This document shows positions 28,381-37,346 of a DNA stretch of 64,000 bases, in pieces. Made by a program: the position numbers and the translations under genes. A model generated the notes under the pieces. The model searched no databases, was not told where the DNA came from, and saw only the letters and a program-made list of their open reading frames with translations. The number at the start of each line of letters is the position of its first letter. Position 1 is the first letter of the stretch. The DNA lies in sequence record PP496441.1; one strand, given 5' to 3'.

Positions 28381-28722
28381 TTACGGTTGGGTCAATGCAG
28401 ATTCAAGTTTCTTGTAGCATGCTGCGACGATGCCTCTGGACATGCGGTCAGCCGCCCAAGAGTTTTGTAGCAGCAAGTGACTGTAGTGGAACAGATCACC
28501 TTGGAGCAACAAGTCGGACAGTTCCATCCGGTTAGCCAGATGAATAGAATAGTCCTCGTCTGCCAGATCTGCCACCTTCGGACCCCACGTGGCAATCACA
28601 GCATCGAGATTGGTTGGAACGACGGCCAGTGTCAGCACCGTCTCTCCCTTCACAACACGCAGCCCCGCCAGCGTCTTGCTCACATACCGTTCAATGGTGA
28701 TGCTCATATCAGATGTCCGCAA
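28381..28722 (-). CDS. Hypothetical protein
   Basis: ORF in the operon. Confidence 0.65.
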   Translation of the reverse strand: MRTSDMSITIERYVSKTLAGLRVVKGETVLTLAVVPTNLDAVIATWGPKVADLADEDYSIHLANRMELSDLLLQGDLFHYSHLLLQNSWAADRMSRGIVAACYKKLESALTQP

Positions 28723-29347
28723 TGATCTTCAGGATGAACGAACGTGCTGCTTCGTTCAGTGTCTCGATACCCTCCAGTGCTTTCTTCTTGGCTGGCTTAT
28801 ACGGTGACAGACGTTGCTCGTCTACGTGTTCTATTGCACCGTCATAGTCGAAGTCGATGAACTCTGCTGACAGCAACCAATAGGCACACGCACGAGACGC
28901 AGCGAAGTGGAACTCCAAGAGTCCAGCGGGGTATTCTCGCATAATACCCTGACCCTCATCATCGTGAAGACAGTACAGGGTGTTGTAATCTTTGGGACCG
29001 CCGGTGGTGAACTGGAAGGTGCGTTCCCTGATGTCCATCTTCTCGAACTCAGCAAAATCTGCTTCGTTGAACGGCCAGTCAACGGCCTCGATGGATTGAA
29101 CTACGCCACCTATAGTCCAAGTATAGGTGATTATTGGAGAGTCACCCATCTTATTTATGCTGCCCTTGGAAACGGTCAGGACAGATACGTCTGGGTGCTG
29201 CATGGTCAGGAACAGGTTGCCGGTTTGCACATGAGACGGAACAAGTCCGATCTGCATGGCACGCTGATACTCGTGGCGGCAGTCCAACCTGACGTGCAAT
29301 TTCGGTTTGGGTTTGCTTACGGTTGACCTGGATAACTTTGTGGGCAT
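28709..29347 (-). CDS. Hypothetical protein
   Basis: RBS GAGGAAG; first gene after a promoter. Confidence 0.75.
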   Translation of the reverse strand: MPTKLSRSTVSKPKPKLHVRLDCRHEYQRAMQIGLVPSHVQTGNLFLTMQHPDVSVLTVSKGSINKMGDSPIITYTWTIGGVVQSIEAVDWPFNEADFAEFEKMDIRERTFQFTTGGPKDYNTLYCLHDDEGQGIMREYPAGLLEFHFAASRACAYWLLSAEFIDFDYDGAIEHVDEQRLSPYKPAKKKALEGIETLNEAARSFILKIIADI

Positions 29348-29399
29348 GGTGTCTTCCTCATTGGGTCAGTGGGCGGCGGCTTAGTGGCGCCGTGCTACC

Positions 29400-29428
29400 A
29401 GTATGGACTCATTTACCCAGTCTGTCAA
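29400..29428 (-). promoter_or_regulatory. sigma70 promoter with a GTAAATGA motif in the spacer
   Basis: TTGACA-17 bp-CATACT; GTAAATG at 29410-29416. Confidence 0.75.
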
Positions 29429-29435
29429 GCCCAAC

Positions 29436-29469
29436 AAAAAAGCCCACCGCCGGTTAGGGTCAGTGGGCT
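29436..29469 (-). terminator. Terminator after RNase H
   Basis: AGCCCAC...GTGGGCT with U6 on the minus strand. Confidence 0.75.
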
Positions 29470-29473
29470 CAGG

Positions 29474-30136
29474 TCAAAACAAACTGTTCTTCGGTACACG
29501 TTGCGTCAATGCCTGCAATTCATCAAACGTAAATTGGAACCATTCATGATCTCCGGATACCAGACTATCCGTGGGCTTGGCCTTCTTAGCCTGCTTCAAG
29601 ATCAGCTTTCGCTGTTCCCCAGCCAGCACATCTGCCCGCTCATTCCCCACGTTGCCTTTGTGACCTCTTACCCATGACACCTTGGCATTGGTTTTCTCTT
29701 TCAACGCTTTGGCGCATAACCACAGATCAAAATTGGCGACTGCTTCCCCGTTAGCCTTGAGTCCACCTCGACGCATCCAGCCATCCAGATGCTCGGTGAA
29801 TCCCTTCTGCACGTATTGGCTGTCGGTGATCACCTGAACGGGTCGTGGCACTTGCCCGAAGATCTGTCGGTGCAACATGTTGTAGCGGAAGGCGTCAGCC
29901 ATGGCTGCGATAACACCTGACAGTTCCATGCGTGAGATCGTGGTGTCGTTGTATCCGGCGGCACGGTGACTGACCTCCAGTACATTGGTCAGGTCATTGA
30001 ACTGTGCACGCAGTGGAGAGAACACGGGGGCATTCAGATCCACCATGCGGACAGCAGCCCAACCGCCGATACGATCTTTCGATCCGCAAGACCCATCGGT
30101 GTAGTACGTCAACGGTATGTTCTTCTTGCCACGCAT
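29474..30136 (-). CDS. rnhA: Ribonuclease HI
   Basis: YTDGSC, SRMELSG, ITDSQYV, WVRGHKGNVGNERADVLA. Confidence 0.95.
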   Translation of the reverse strand: MRGKKNIPLTYYTDGSCGSKDRIGGWAAVRMVDLNAPVFSPLRAQFNDLTNVLEVSHRAAGYNDTTISRMELSGVIAAMADAFRYNMLHRQIFGQVPRPVQVITDSQYVQKGFTEHLDGWMRRGGLKANGEAVANFDLWLCAKALKEKTNAKVSWVRGHKGNVGNERADVLAGEQRKLILKQAKKAKPTDSLVSGDHEWFQFTFDELQALTQRVPKNSLF

Positions 30137-30145
30137 GGTAGGACC

Positions 30146-30880
30146 TTACTTGGTGATTATCTTGTAGGTGAACAACGCATCGGACAAGATGCGGTGAACC
30201 CCGTCGGCTTTGGTTACGAACAGGTCGGCAATAGCTTCCGCGTTGAGTGCGGGGTCGATCTGCCGAACGGCGCCGTCACCCATTACGTAGCCTTGATCCT
30301 GATCGCGAGTGCGTTCCTTGTCTTTCAGGATCGACAGGTGTATTGTGCTGCCGTACCGAAACATGATCTGTGCACGTCCGTGTGTGGTACTCTGGATACG
30401 ATCAACGCTGTCCACTACCACCTGGCCGTACGTTTGTGCAGCTTCCATGACGTGGGCGATCATCGGAGACGCATAACCGGGAGTGCACGCATAGCTAGAA
30501 CATTTCTGCCCCAAGGTATGTTTCAGTGGATTGAACAACTGGAGGACTGGCACGGTCTTGCTCATCGAGTGTAGACCGTTGTGGACATCAGTCTTGTCCG
30601 CCATCACATGCCAGTTGCGCAGGAAAATCTGGCTACTGGAATGGACAAGATACGGTAGTCGCATCAAGTCCTCCATCTGATCCACGAACAGGTGAATATC
30701 TATGAGGAACTTGTTCTCAATCTTAGTCCACCGACCGGGGTTGGTACGCTCGATCTCGAGGAACCCAGTTAGGGTCAGGGCCTCTAGGATTACACCCTTG
30801 GCAAGCAGTGCGTCCCGGTCGGTCAGGTTGAACAAAGATTCGGAATGATCCCTGTCGGTGATTAAGGTAATGTAATTCAT
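30146..30880 (-). CDS. Hypothetical protein
   Basis: 244-aa ORF in the operon. Confidence 0.7.
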   Translation of the reverse strand: MNYITLITDRDHSESLFNLTDRDALLAKGVILEALTLTGFLEIERTNPGRWTKIENKFLIDIHLFVDQMEDLMRLPYLVHSSSQIFLRNWHVMADKTDVHNGLHSMSKTVPVLQLFNPLKHTLGQKCSSYACTPGYASPMIAHVMEAAQTYGQVVVDSVDRIQSTTHGRAQIMFRYGSTIHLSILKDKERTRDQDQGYVMGDGAVRQIDPALNAEAIADLFVTKADGVHRILSDALFTYKIITK

Positions 30881-30898
30881 GGTAGGGTACCTGGGTGT

Positions 30899-31291
30899 TT
30901 ACAACTTCTGAGGGCTGACGGTGACGACGCGGATGTCGGCCACGCCCGCACTGATCTGCAGCTCGACTTTGATGAACAGGCTCTTGTCTTCGTTGGTGTA
31001 GTAGAAGACTCCGTTGGTACGCTTGAGGAAAAACTTGCCTTTGTTCTCACTGCGATACACAGTGAAGTCTTCCATGTTGTCTTTCTTGAACCGGGTGTAG
31101 ATCATTTCACTGGTGATCTTGGCGACGGCTTTGGTGCCGAGGTCATCCAAGTCCCACTTGATGCCTACACCGGCGGACTGTTGCACGAAACTTGCGAGGG
31201 TAGTCATTTGGTCTCCAAGGGATCTTAGTTGGGAAGTGGTTAGCGAACCAACATCCACAGGCAGGTTGAAAAGCTGAAGGTATCTCGGCAT
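30899..31291 (-). CDS. Hypothetical protein
   Basis: 130-aa ORF. Confidence 0.65.
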   Translation of the reverse strand: MPRYLQLFNLPVDVGSLTTSQLRSLGDQMTTLASFVQQSAGVGIKWDLDDLGTKAVAKITSEMIYTRFKKDNMEDFTVYRSENKGKFFLKRTNGVFYYTNEDKSLFIKVELQISAGVADIRVVTVSPQKL

Positions 31292-31392
31292 TCAGCCCAC
31301 GTGAAGTACTCCCAGGTGAAGGCGGCGATGATGATCACGGCGATTGCGAGTAACCCGAGATTAGTATTTAGCGCGGTATCTTTCTTACTCAT
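31240..31392 (-). CDS. Small membrane protein (50 aa; not in the ORF track)
   Basis: MSKKDTALNTNLGLLAIAVIIIAAFTWEYF...; RBS GGAG; one hydrophobic segment. Confidence 0.55.
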   Translation of the reverse strand: MSKKDTALNTNLGLLAIAVIIIAAFTWEYFTWAECRDTFSFSTCLWMLVR

Positions 31393-31595
31393 GGTTGACT
31401 CTCCACGCATTGGCTGAATGTTTCCTTACCTGTGTATTGAATGGCGGACCTTCCCTTGTTCTTAACAATGCGCTGCATTGCCTTGTCGATGGCTCGGTTG
31501 AAGAGTGCATAGGTTATACGCTGCCTCATCTCGGCCCGCAACTTGGGAGTGGCCCGCACAGGTAGTGTCAACGTGTATCTGTCTGCCAGTTTCAT
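31389..31595 (-). CDS. Hypothetical basic protein
   Basis: ATGA overlap; RBS GGAGA. Confidence 0.65.
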   Translation of the reverse strand: MKLADRYTLTLPVRATPKLRAEMRQRITYALFNRAIDKAMQRIVKNKGRSAIQYTGKETFSQCVESQP

Positions 31596-31810
31596 GGTCT
31601 ATCTCCAGTCATGGGCGTGACCCCAAGATAACGACCGAGTGCCGGGATGAACAATGGGCAAGCGCTGACACAGACCCAAGCAACGGACATGGGAAGCGAT
31701 ACCTCGTTTAGCATCTGCCAACCACATGCGAACAGGATGATCAGACTGAGAACTGCGTAGTACGCGGACCAGATGATCAACCACCAAGCCTTACGGGACA
31801 CGTTCTTCAT
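31592..31810 (-). CDS. Small membrane protein with two transmembrane segments
   Basis: MKNVSRKAWWLIIWSAYYAVLSLIILF...; ATGA overlap with the helicase stop. Confidence 0.65.
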   Translation of the reverse strand: MKNVSRKAWWLIIWSAYYAVLSLIILFACGWQMLNEVSLPMSVAWVCVSACPLFIPALGRYLGVTPMTGDRP

Positions 31811-33414
31811 TTGTTCCACTCCTTGCGAGCCTTCAATTGGGCCTCGGTAGGGGCCACCCGGAACCGTGTGTTCTGGGGTGACAAGTTCTTGAGCAGTGTG
31901 GTGGTCACGCATTCGTGCGGCGTGATATGCAGCAGCAGGTCACTGGCTCGGGTGTACGAGACGTATTGCACGTGGGGTAGCTGACCGTCTTCACAGTCGA
32001 ACCAGTCATCGATCACCGCGACCCGTTCGCTCTCCATACCCTTCGCACCCCATGAGGTGTTCAGCTCCACACCTTTGCCATGGTCGTTGGCAATGATCTT
32101 GGTGATGAACGTCTTCACTTCGGCGGCGCTACCCAGGTCCCAGTTGGTGACGATGTACAGCGCAGCGTCTGCGGCATCCTTGATCAGTGGTTCCTTTGCC
32201 TCCTTACGCAAATCATCCAACGCTTTAACGAAGTCAAGAGTGGACTTGCGACCACAACGCATGGCGACACCGATCACTTGTTCCAGCACCTTGGCTTTCT
32301 TGAAGGTAACCTCTAGCCCCCGATCCATGTACTCCAGTGCGATACGGATCAGATGCTTGTTGCGAGCGCTGACCACACGTTGCACGTCGAACTTTATCAT
32401 GCTCTTGATGCGGTACGGATCTTTCTTGGTGTGCGCCGTCAGCATCTTGACTTGCCCACCCTCGGCGAAGGCTTCCAGCGGCACATTGGGGAAGCGACCT
32501 TTGACGAATTCAACTATCTTCGACTTGGACCGGTATGTGGTGGTCGATGGCAGGCGCTTGGCGTTGAACTCCTTGAACATGTCAGCCATGCCCGCACTCA
32601 ACCCGCCTCGGAACGCATAGATGGCCTGCCATGGATCACCGACGAAGACGAACAACATGCCGGGCTTCAATCGACGGAACAGGCGAAGCGTGTCGTGCTG
32701 CACAAGGTTGAAGTCTTGGAACTCATCGACGAACAACACGTCCGGCAGGATCTTCGCCAGCTTGGCGTACTGCGTGCGGATAAAGCTGTTGGCCAGAACC
32801 ATGCGGCTCATATCGTTGAAGTCTACCGACGACGTGGTCTCGTCACTGGCTTCCAGCGCCTCACAGATTTCAGGGAGCAGTGGCACCACTTTCTCATGCG
32901 GGATCAGGAAGCGGTACTTGCCGGTGATCAACTCTTTGATCCGCTTGGGGTCGCTGTAGGGAATGCCCAATTCACGGATACGCTCTCCGTGCCAGCGAAT
33001 GTCCTTGTTCACCCGTGGCCCATCTTGGGGGAACAGTGCGTCCACCACCTGGAACCACTTGTCGAACATGATCGGTACGGCCTTGGAACCCGTCAAGGTT
33101 TTGAACAACTCCAGACCGTAGCTGTGCATGGTGGAACTGTAGACTGCCCGATCCTTGATGCGCTGATCGAATACTCTGGCGTTGTCCGTGTTGAACACGA
33201 TGGCGCGCATGGTCAGCTTCGGGCACTCTTTACGAATGCGGCGGATAGTCTCGATGATCAGGGTGGTCTTACCCGATCCGGCACCGGCGTCGATACCCAC
33301 TGCGTCTTGTGGCTTGCCAGTGTACAAGTCTTTAGGCATCGACTTGGCTTTCTTCAAGATCTCGTTGAAGATGTCATTCTGTTGCTTGGACCAAACTCTT
33401 TCAGTAGTGGACAT
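31807..33414 (-). CDS. uvrD: UvrD/Rep-like superfamily 1 helicase
   Basis: AGAGSGKT, FVDEFQD, VGDPWQAIYAFRG, TTYRS, KGMESE, YVSYTRA. Confidence 0.93.
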   Translation of the reverse strand: MSTTERVWSKQQNDIFNEILKKAKSMPKDLYTGKPQDAVGIDAGAGSGKTTLIIETIRRIRKECPKLTMRAIVFNTDNARVFDQRIKDRAVYSSTMHSYGLELFKTLTGSKAVPIMFDKWFQVVDALFPQDGPRVNKDIRWHGERIRELGIPYSDPKRIKELITGKYRFLIPHEKVVPLLPEICEALEASDETTSSVDFNDMSRMVLANSFIRTQYAKLAKILPDVLFVDEFQDFNLVQHDTLRLFRRLKPGMLFVFVGDPWQAIYAFRGGLSAGMADMFKEFNAKRLPSTTTYRSKSKIVEFVKGRFPNVPLEAFAEGGQVKMLTAHTKKDPYRIKSMIKFDVQRVVSARNKHLIRIALEYMDRGLEVTFKKAKVLEQVIGVAMRCGRKSTLDFVKALDDLRKEAKEPLIKDAADAALYIVTNWDLGSAAEVKTFITKIIANDHGKGVELNTSWGAKGMESERVAVIDDWFDCEDGQLPHVQYVSYTRASDLLLHITPHECVTTTLLKNLSPQNTRFRVAPTEAQLKARKEWNK

Positions 33415-33445
33415 GGGTTTACCTTAACGCTTCACGGTTTCCATC

Positions 33446-33480
33446 CATTTACACGAGGCCTATGCGCGTGGGGTAAATGA
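33446..33480. promoter_or_regulatory. Back-to-back divergent GTAAATG motifs
   Basis: Minus 33446-33452 (helicase) and plus 33473-33480 (ligase-like gene). Confidence 0.6.
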
Positions 33481-33541
33481 GCGTATAGCAATCGAATGCG
33501 TGGAATTAGCCCTTAACGGCGTCCCCACTAGTGGAGAACAC

Positions 33542-35020
33542 ATGAAATCTGTAGCCGTTGACTACCAAAAGATAGCCAAGGAATGCCAGTGCACCGAGCT
33601 GCCTTCCAAGGTAAGAGTTACTCGTGCACGGGTCTATCCAAACTTGAGGACGTGCCTACTCTTCCTCAAGTACGATGCCAAAGGTGAACTGGTACAAGCC
33701 GAGATCACTGCGCCGTACGACACGTCCACCGAGCCAAAGGTGAGGGTGCTCAAGCACCCGGACAAGAAGTCCGACTTCCTTTCATTATACAGGGCGCTGA
33801 TCCGCCACCAGATCATACCCGAGTCTATTCCGAAGAAAGGTAACGGGATTGCACCAACGCTGGAGGTCATCGGCACACTGGTGAGCCTGCTGCCGGAACG
33901 GGATGTCGAAACCTTCCGTACGCTGACCCCGGCCATCCAGACTGGCAGCGTCATGTACGTCCCGCTGGTCACGTCCCGGCCAATGCCCATGGTGCAACAC
34001 TGGATACCTGTTGACCAGCATTCAGAGCTGGGCATGATCGAGCTAGTCGATACGGATAGCAAGCCTTTCCTTAATCAGTGGGTCAACAGGTTGAGCAACA
34101 CCGCCACTGGTTATGTGATCTACACCCCCGAAGGCTCACACGGTCAGGAACTAGCCTGCTTCCGGGTGCCCAATGTGCAAGGGGAGGAACTGTGTGTGGT
34201 CAAGAAGGTTGACTTCACCCTGACTGTTGCTCGCACGCTCAAGCCGGTACTGACTGTATCCACCAAGAGTACTCGGGCAGTGTCCCGCATTCCCCTACCC
34301 CACTATCTGATGCTACGCAATCACCACATCAAGGTGGGCACGGTTATTTCCCTGCGTCGTAACGACCGAGGTGGGTTGGTGTACCATGAGACGGTGGCCG
34401 AGGAAGGCATGACACCCCTCCCACTGTGCCCGCACTGCCACAGTGGGTCTGTGCTGCGAGGTAGTAGCAATGACGTGTACTGCAATAACGATTCATGCCG
34501 AGGCCTAGCCATTGTGCGACTTCGCTACATCTTGAACAACAAGCTGGACGTCAAGTACCTGAGCGACAATAAGGTAACGGCGCTGATCAATGACAAGCAG
34601 GACCTGTTCAGCTTGCTTAAGACCCCGACGCACCAGTTACGGCACAGACCTGGCTTTGGTGCACGTACCGTGGACGCACTGGAGGAGAAGCTTAACACTA
34701 TTGCCGGTCTTCCACTGCACACACTGGCCGAGATGTCCTGCGCTTTCTACAACGTGGGCGTGCCCCCACTGGATGAGATGGTGTTCAAGAAGATCTTTTC
34801 CGTTATGTCGCTTGACTACCTGAAAGCGCTGCCGTCTACCGGCAAGATGTACAGTCAGCTGCTCGACATCGAAGGTATCCGCAACAACCGCGCAGTGGCT
34901 TTCCTTGCTGGCTGGCCTGCATTTCAACAGTGGATGATAGACCTGAACGCTGCCCTACAGTCTCGCATCGCAATCTCCTCCACGGTAAATAACCCGAAAC
35001 AAATTCGAGGTGTGAAATGA
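33542..35020 (+). CDS. Degenerate LigA-like protein (OB fold, C4 zinc finger, HhH) lacking the KxDG catalytic motif
   Basis: RBS GGAGAA; VKKVDFTL...LKPVLTV and IKVGTVISLRR (OB); CPHCHS...YCNNDSC; PGFGARTV and LLDIEGI (HhH); YPNLRT at the expected EPKLDG position. Confidence 0.7.
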   Translation: MKSVAVDYQKIAKECQCTELPSKVRVTRARVYPNLRTCLLFLKYDAKGELVQAEITAPYDTSTEPKVRVLKHPDKKSDFLSLYRALIRHQIIPESIPKKGNGIAPTLEVIGTLVSLLPERDVETFRTLTPAIQTGSVMYVPLVTSRPMPMVQHWIPVDQHSELGMIELVDTDSKPFLNQWVNRLSNTATGYVIYTPEGSHGQELACFRVPNVQGEELCVVKKVDFTLTVARTLKPVLTVSTKSTRAVSRIPLPHYLMLRNHHIKVGTVISLRRNDRGGLVYHETVAEEGMTPLPLCPHCHSGSVLRGSSNDVYCNNDSCRGLAIVRLRYILNNKLDVKYLSDNKVTALINDKQDLFSLLKTPTHQLRHRPGFGARTVDALEEKLNTIAGLPLHTLAEMSCAFYNVGVPPLDEMVFKKIFSVMSLDYLKALPSTGKMYSQLLDIEGIRNNRAVAFLAGWPAFQQWMIDLNAALQSRIAISSTVNNPKQIRGVK

Positions 35021-35781
35021 ACAATCAAAACAGAACTCGTATCGCTGTGCTTGTCGGCGGCGGTCTGGACTCACATGCGTACATGGTATTGAAAGCCGAC
35101 CAGCCTCAGACAGACTTCATTCATGTGGACTACGGCCAGCGGGTTGCAGTAGCCGAGAGAAACGCCGTGTTGCAAATGGCTGAGAAGCTGGGCATTGCCC
35201 GCAGCCGGGTGTACACGCTGATCTGCAACAAGAAGAATCACATGCGCAAGGTCAATGACGGTGTGGGTGTGTTGTTTGGCACCGGCCCGGTCGAGATGGA
35301 CAATGCGTTTGTTAAGGGACGTAACCTGTTCCTGATTCAGAAGGCCATCGAGCTGGGCTACGGTCACGTGCACTTGACGCTGACCCAAGAGCGTGGCCGG
35401 ATGTTCCCCGATGCCGATCTGGCATTCGTCCAGCTGGTTGACAACCTGATGCACCGCAGTTATGACGTGAGGGTATCCGCCCCCTACATCATGGAAGACA
35501 AGCATCGGGTGATGTTCAAGGCGTATCGGCATTGCCCCGAGTTCCTCGATATGTCTTTCACGTGCTGGGTAGGTCCTTATGTGGAATGTGGCACGTGCCC
35601 GCACTGCGTCAAGAAGGAAAAGATTCGAGCCGAGATGATCGTTGAGAAGATTGAATACGATCTCAGCAAGGATGAACGTGAGGCGCAGTGGGAGCAAGTC
35701 AAGGCAGGCTACGGCGACGCGTTGAAGCCCGCTGAGACCATCAACATGAACATTCAGGTTGTTGACGGAGGACTGAAATGA
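35017..35781 (+). CDS. queC: QueC-like ATP pyrophosphatase (AANH), copy 1
   Basis: VLVGGGLDS (PP-loop variant), VDYGQR, VKGRNLFL, FPDA, SFTCW...CGTCPHC. Confidence 0.82.
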   Translation: MNNQNRTRIAVLVGGGLDSHAYMVLKADQPQTDFIHVDYGQRVAVAERNAVLQMAEKLGIARSRVYTLICNKKNHMRKVNDGVGVLFGTGPVEMDNAFVKGRNLFLIQKAIELGYGHVHLTLTQERGRMFPDADLAFVQLVDNLMHRSYDVRVSAPYIMEDKHRVMFKAYRHCPEFLDMSFTCWVGPYVECGTCPHCVKKEKIRAEMIVEKIEYDLSKDEREAQWEQVKAGYGDALKPAETINMNIQVVDGGLK

Positions 35782-36488
35782 ACAAGTTCTTAGGTTGGTT
35801 CAAGCGTCTGCTGGATAAGAAGCACAAGTCGATCACGATGACGTTGACCGACGCCGAAGGTAAGTTGGTCACCATCCACATACCGCAAGGTGCGGGTGTC
35901 GAATACACGCTCTCGAAGTCGGGCACCCACTTGAACGTCTCAGTTAAAGACGACGTCTTCATGTTGCGCACGAATGGCGCTGGAGGCGGTGGCAGTGGAA
36001 GTTCCAAGCCCGGTCTCAACGGTGGCCCCGGCCATACACCTATCCCCCGGTCCCCAAGCTTCACGGGCGCTGGTACGCCGAACTACGGTCACGCAGGCGA
36101 CCCGCCTGTTGGTGCTCAAGCTTCGTTCCCTATCGGCGCCCGAGCAACTGTTTCTGGTGGTGGGCGCGTTGGTGGCCTGTCAGGTGGAAGCGCAAACGGC
36201 ACAATGGCTGGTGGTGGAGATGGCTTCGTTCCCTCTCCAATCCGTAGCTCTGATCGAGCTTACCTGATTAGAGGTTTGTATTACGTCATCACGACGAAGA
36301 AGATAACGGGAGAGCAATACCCGATCCATGAGCTTCTGCATTGGGGTAAGAAGTCAATCGAACTCATGGGCAAGTTCTCCACCGTCCGAGACGCTATCGA
36401 CGAACTCAAATTGAAGACGGGTATCCCATTCGAAGACCTGACGGACTATCAGGTTGATTCCCTTCCCAAACGACTGTGCAAGCCTTGA
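35778..36488 (+). CDS. Hypothetical protein with a central Gly/Ser/Pro-rich low-complexity segment
   Basis: ATGA-coupled to QueC copy 1; GAGGGGSG...GGGDG tract. Confidence 0.7.
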   Translation: MNKFLGWFKRLLDKKHKSITMTLTDAEGKLVTIHIPQGAGVEYTLSKSGTHLNVSVKDDVFMLRTNGAGGGGSGSSKPGLNGGPGHTPIPRSPSFTGAGTPNYGHAGDPPVGAQASFPIGARATVSGGGRVGGLSGGSANGTMAGGGDGFVPSPIRSSDRAYLIRGLYYVITTKKITGEQYPIHELLHWGKKSIELMGKFSTVRDAIDELKLKTGIPFEDLTDYQVDSLPKRLCKP

Positions 36489-36492
36489 TCGG

Positions 36493-36500
36493 GTAAATGG
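36493..36500 (+). promoter_or_regulatory. GTAAATGG motif
   Basis: About 27 nt upstream of QueC copy 2. Confidence 0.55.
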
Positions 36501-36526
36501 CCCGTAACTAATCCGGAGACACCAGC

Positions 36527-37345
36527 ATGACCACTGCGCCCCCAAAGATTATCGTTGCATTCAGCGCCGGTACAGATTCAACTACAGCGGCCTACTACTA
36601 TCGCAAGCTCGGCTATCAGGTAACGCTGGCCGTGTTCGATGACGGCGCATGCAACGATCCACTTGACCCTCTGTACGATCCGAACAAGCCGAAGGACTTG
36701 ACCAACTTCTCGGATGAGTTCTACGATTACGTACGGATTCACCAAGAGCACACGGAAGGCCATCTTCAGTTCGACTTCGTGGAGATTCGTTATCCGCAAC
36801 TCGCATTGCTGGAAGCCAACAAGACAGCCAAGCCCGGTCGGGACAATGCAGCAGCAGCAGAGGCTGACGGCTTGGGCTTCTGGGTCGGCTTCAAGGGCCT
36901 GATGGCAATGTTGCTGATGAGCCACGGCGCCGCCAATGGTTACGAGGCAGTAGTCTTCGGCCACATGCCGTACAACAACCATTACGAAGATGAGCTGCCC
37001 CAGAACTTCGAGCTGCTGCGTCAGTACATGGTTACGGCCTATGGCAGCCGAGTGGAAATTCCTCAGATCTACCACCCGTTCTATCGACCTAATTTCGATA
37101 CCAAGGAAAAGGTTATTGAGCTGGCGCAGGCAATCGGCGTGCCCTTGCGAGATACCTATTCGTGTCGCCGAGGTGAAGTAGAAACCCGAGGTATCCTCCT
37201 GCCACTTCTGCGTGGCGGTAACTCCAACTACGTGAGCCCCACCTACCGTTGGAAGCATTGTGGTACGTGTGAGAACTGTGTCGAACGCAAGCGAGCCTTC
37301 GCGGCGCTGGGCATGAAAGATCCTGCCCCTTATATGGAACATTGA
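36527..37345 (+). CDS. queC: QueC-like ATP pyrophosphatase (AANH), copy 2
   Basis: VAFSAGTDS, TKEKVIELA...GVPLRDTYSCRRG, HCGTCENCVERKRAF...DPAPY. Confidence 0.82.
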   Translation: MTTAPPKIIVAFSAGTDSTTAAYYYRKLGYQVTLAVFDDGACNDPLDPLYDPNKPKDLTNFSDEFYDYVRIHQEHTEGHLQFDFVEIRYPQLALLEANKTAKPGRDNAAAAEADGLGFWVGFKGLMAMLLMSHGAANGYEAVVFGHMPYNNHYEDELPQNFELLRQYMVTAYGSRVEIPQIYHPFYRPNFDTKEKVIELAQAIGVPLRDTYSCRRGEVETRGILLPLLRGGNSNYVSPTYRWKHCGTCENCVERKRAFAALGMKDPAPYMEH

Positions 37346-37346
37346 T

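Noticed and set aside
33542-35020. Pseudogene call for the ligase-like gene
   Set aside because: The reading frame is uninterrupted with an RBS, a promoter motif and conserved zinc-finger cysteines, so it is treated as a functional non-catalytic paralogue
35017-37345. Interpretation as a standard queuosine/7-deazaguanine DNA-modification locus
   Set aside because: There is no folE, queD, queE or dpdA/tgt in the window and the PP-loops are variant; it cannot be excluded genome-wide but does not explain the neighbouring ligases and KamA
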